Below, piece by piece: positions 61,393-64,000 of a stretch of 64,000 bases of DNA (position 1 is its first letter; each line of letters starts with the position of its first letter). The stretch spans positions 4,975 through 68,974 of IMG/VR virus record IMGVR_UViG_3300038829_000127; one strand, written 5' to 3'. The notes under the pieces are model-generated. The model was not told the DNA's origin, made no database searches, and saw only the letters and a list, made by a program, of their open reading frames with translations. A program made the translations under genes and the position numbers. Origin of the DNA: a virus.

Positions 61393-62420
61393 CGTGTCGC
61401 CCCCTTCTCATTGCCAGCGCGGAACGGGGCGAGGGCGAGAAGCATCTCCTCAAGTTTGACGTTTTGCGCGGCCATCGCGGCGTCCCTCGCGGCGTCCCTC
61501 GCGGCGTCCCACGCGGCGGCCCTCGCGGCGGCCATCGCGGCGGCCATCGCGGCGGCCATCGCGGCGTCCCTCGCAGCGTCCATCGCGGCGGCCATCGCGG
61601 CGGCCCTCGCGGCGGCCCTCGCAGCGTCCATCGCGGCGTCCCTCGCGGCGGCCCACGCGGCGGCCCACGCGGCGGCCATCGCAGCGTCCATCGCGGCGTC
61701 CCTCGCGGCGGCCCACGCGGCGGCCCTCGCGGCGGCCCGTATTGACTCGTCCCCGGTCTCCAGGTATTGCCTGACCACGGGCGGCGCGCCCCACTTGTCG
61801 ATGACGGACATCGCGCACCAGCGGGCTAACGCTCGCAGCGTGTCGGTGGCGTCGGCCTGCCAGAGACACTTGCGCTCACGGCAAACCAGCTTGTCAGTGT
61901 GCGTGCCGGGATCGCCGATGTCGCTGCACTCGACCCGCTGAATGATCGGTCCGGGCGCGTATTGCAGCGCGTCGATGGCTCGCACGCTGGCGTGAAATCC
62001 CAAATCGCAGATGACGAGATCGCCCTTGTGTTTTAGCGTGCGGCCGGGGATCACCTTCCGTTTGTCATCGTTCGTCAACCTGCCCATCGCTGGCAGCCAG
62101 TGCCATGCGAGGACGGTGTCGGTGCTACGGGATTCGCTCATAGCGGTCTCCTGTTGGGGTTTGCGGAACGGGGCGATGGCTTCGCGGAGGGCCTTAGCCC
62201 GTGCGCTGTGCCGCATCATCTGGCTATGAAAATTCTCCTGTTCCTGCGGGTAGTACGGCTCACTGGCCCACGCCTCCGCCGCCCGCGCTACCGCGAGGAG
62301 ATGGGGGAGGGCGTTGAGTGCGTCGAATGCAATCGCGCTGCGCCGGTTGTATGTCACACCGTTCGTTGTCGCCTCCCGGTGCAGCCGCTCCAGGTCGTCG
62401 AGGTTGATGCGGTCGGTCAT
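61389..62420 (-). CDS. Ala-rich repeat protein (DUF7666-like domain) with an in-frame upstream domain; internal start at 62141
   Basis: C..GFHAS...IDALQYAPG, DKLV...R, LRALARWCA..V..KW.AP.VVRQYLETGDES, then Ala repeats. Confidence 0.7.
   Translation of the reverse strand: MTDRINLDDLERLHREATTNGVTYNRRSAIAFDALNALPHLLAVARAAEAWASEPYYPQEQENFHSQMMRHSARAKALREAIAPFRKPQQETAMSESRSTDTVLAWHWLPAMGRLTNDDKRKVIPGRTLKHKGDLVICDLGFHASVRAIDALQYAPGPIIQRVECSDIGDPGTHTDKLVCRERKCLWQADATDTLRALARWCAMSVIDKWGAPPVVRQYLETGDESIRAAARAAAWAAARDAAMDAAMAAAWAAAWAAARDAAMDAARAAARAAAMAAAMDAARDAAMAAAMAAAMAAARAAAWDAARDAARDAAMAAQNVKLEEMLLALAPFRAGNEKGATR
61473..61736 (-). repeat. 22 tandem 12-nt units encoding (A/D)AA(R/M/W)
   Basis: counted from the translation. 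Confidence 0.9.
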
Positions 62421-62758
62421 GGTCTGCCTCCCCGAACGGTGAACCCAATGATAAACCTGCCGGGCACAGGTGGCTGAATGTCCCGGTCGCATCTGGCGAA
62501 ACACGCAACACTCGTGACAGGGAAATCGGGCCGTGAGAATCGCGGCGCCACCAGTACTGAGTGGTGGTACGAGAAATTGCCAACAAGCAAACCGGACGTT
62601 GGCTCGGGAAGATCCACCTGTATCACTTTGCCGCAGCAGGCTATCTCTGCAACCAGCGAATCAGAAATGGCCAGCACGAGCCGGTCATCGTCCCACACCT
62701 CGATCGCCGGGCTGGGCTTGCAGCCGACCAGCATGATGCACAGCACTAACCACATCAT
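62417..62758 (-). CDS. putative lipoprotein
   Basis: short hydrophobic N-terminus with lipobox-like LVGC. Confidence 0.55.
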   Translation of the reverse strand: MMWLVLCIMLVGCKPSPAIEVWDDDRLVLAISDSLVAEIACCGKVIQVDLPEPTSGLLVGNFSYHHSVLVAPRFSRPDFPVTSVACFARCDRDIQPPVPGRFIIGFTVRGGRP

Positions 62759-63153
62759 ACTTTAGCCGCCGCGATCTCCTGGTTGAGGCGATACGCCTCC
62801 ATTATCCCGGGGTGTGCCAGCACGTCCACGGCCCGCACGAACTCCATGCGATAGCCGTCAGGGTAGTGTGCCCGGAACGTCTCGTGCCGATCCGGGCGCG
62901 AACCTTCCAGGACACCCAGGTCATGCGGCATGTACGCCTCGGAGCTACAGATGTGGCTGCCCAGGCCGTGGCCGTCCTCGGCCAGCAATTCGGCGCTGTA
63001 CCAGCTATCCGACCCACCGTTGTTGAACCCGTAGATAACGGGCAAATCCTGTACGGGCTTGCCGTGCGGGTTGAAGACGGCCCAGCCCTTGCCCTCGTGC
63101 TCGTAGACGTGCTGCGCTTCGTAGAGCGCAGCGGCTGCTTTGGTTGTCATCAT
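62755..63153 (-). CDS. conserved hypothetical protein
   Basis: LPVIYGFNNGG....AEDG..LG.H.CS.E.YM..DLG motif. Confidence 0.7.
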   Translation of the reverse strand: MMTTKAAAALYEAQHVYEHEGKGWAVFNPHGKPVQDLPVIYGFNNGGSDSWYSAELLAEDGHGLGSHICSSEAYMPHDLGVLEGSRPDRHETFRAHYPDGYRMEFVRAVDVLAHPGIMEAYRLNQEIAAAKV

Positions 63154-63998
63154 TCCGCCTTTTCCCACTTGTCCCTGTACGTGGGCCCAGAGGAAGCATA
63201 CTTGACTGGCAGTGGCATCTTAATAACCCCGCTGGCCATGACTGGCTTCACTCGTTGAATGGCCTCCGACCAATCCTCGAGATCCACCTTCCGTGGAATC
63301 TGGTGGATGGGCTTTCCGTCCAGCTCGTAGCCCACACAAACCGGGCGGCTGGGCGCATCGAAATGAGTCACGGCTAGCACGTCAACACCGCCACACGCCT
63401 GAATCGCGTAGTTCAGAAGCATCAGGTCCAGCGGGCCCTGGCGGAAGGCGCCCTGGCTGCCGTCTGGGCCGTTGTGGGGTTCGGCTACGGTCGATCCCCC
63501 TTCCGTGGGGAAGGGGCCTCGACCGTGCCGGGTATGGTACGTCCGTGTGACACCGATCGTCTCCACCGTGCCGGTCCATCCCCACTCTTTGAGCAGCGTC
63601 CGAGCATTGTGCGGCGTCGTCGTGCTCCAGGTCGTGTGCGGGTGGAACCCGTGGAACTCGTCCAGCAGAACTCCCTGGGCTCCCTCGAAGACCAGATCGC
63701 CGGTCGGACAGCCCTCGGGCACAACGGCAAGCTGCTGGGCAATCTCATGCAGTTCCATGGCCACGGCAACCTCGTGCGGCCAGTCGGAGCAGTCAACCTC
63801 GTGCGGCCAGTCGGAGCAGTCAAACTCCTTCTCGTAGTAATCACGGATCCTGGTCAGCCGGTTCCGCAGGCTGTGGATGTCGTACAACTCGCCCATGCGC
63901 AGGTCGATGCCCTCGATAGTAGACAGCATCTGCGTTTCACCGATGCCCATGCCGCAGGTACCATGAGCCGCAGCCCCCCGCCGCCTCTCCCTGAGTAC
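63150..63998 (-). CDS. divergent adenylosuccinate synthetase (PurA-fold) homologue, N-terminus cut by the window edge
   Basis: HGTCGMGIGET, FEGAQGVLLD, TRTYHTRHG.GPFPTE, FRQGPLD, VTHFD, SSGP; frame stays open to the window edge. Confidence 0.88.
   Translation of the reverse strand, partial: VLRERRRGAAAHGTCGMGIGETQMLSTIEGIDLRMGELYDIHSLRNRLTRIRDYYEKEFDCSDWPHEVDCSDWPHEVAVAMELHEIAQQLAVVPEGCPTGDLVFEGAQGVLLDEFHGFHPHTTWSTTTPHNARTLLKEWGWTGTVETIGVTRTYHTRHGRGPFPTEGGSTVAEPHNGPDGSQGAFRQGPLDLMLLNYAIQACGGVDVLAVTHFDAPSRPVCVGYELDGKPIHQIPRKVDLEDWSEAIQRVKPVMASGVIKMPLPVKYASSGPTYRDKWEKAE
63767..63820 (-). repeat. exact 27-bp tandem duplication (DCSDWPHEV x2)
   Basis: CAACCTCGTGCGGCCAGTCGGAGCAGT twice. Confidence 0.95.
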
Positions 63999-64000
63999 GT

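Noticed and set aside
63150-63998. Calling the PurA homologue PurZ (2-aminoadenine genome)
   Set aside because: It lacks the PurZ-type TT.T..RR loop, the diagnostic N-terminus is outside the window, and no MazZ or clear DatZ was recognised
1-64000. Integrated prophage with att sites, or a recoded genetic code
   Set aside because: No integrase, repressor cassette or host genes in the window; long genes read through in the standard code

Overview
The whole window is one GC-rich tailed dsDNA phage genome segment with a long non-contractile tail. Its gene order resembles YuA/M6-type siphoviruses (my inference from gene order and recalled families, no database search). Both ends are open, and I found no integrase or host genes. 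The + strand (1-33660) carries small ORFs, tRNA-Thr(UGU), terminase, portal, head and tail genes with a -1 frameshift chaperone pair. It continues with an unusual block of signal-peptide proteins (including a 1968-aa Fn3/glycoside-hydrolase-like/beta-helix protein), a TM-PAS protein, an OMP-like protein and a holin. The - strand (33663-64000) carries GH25 lysozyme, ThyX, primase-helicase, family A DNA polymerase, a diverged 5-hmdU DNA kinase homologue, an RlaP-type nucleotidyltransferase, RecD-like and SNF2 helicases, SSB, an NDT-like fusion and a truncated divergent PurA homologue. The most striking element is a sigma70-type promoter driving a tandem array of 5-6 Y-RNA-like ncRNAs, then Ro60 (TROVE) and RtcB. 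The RNAs share one covarying scaffold but carry different cargo, one being a circularly permuted tRNA mimic (YrlA type). A second ~490-nt non-coding island holds seven back-to-back hairpins, including another tRNA-like cloverleaf.
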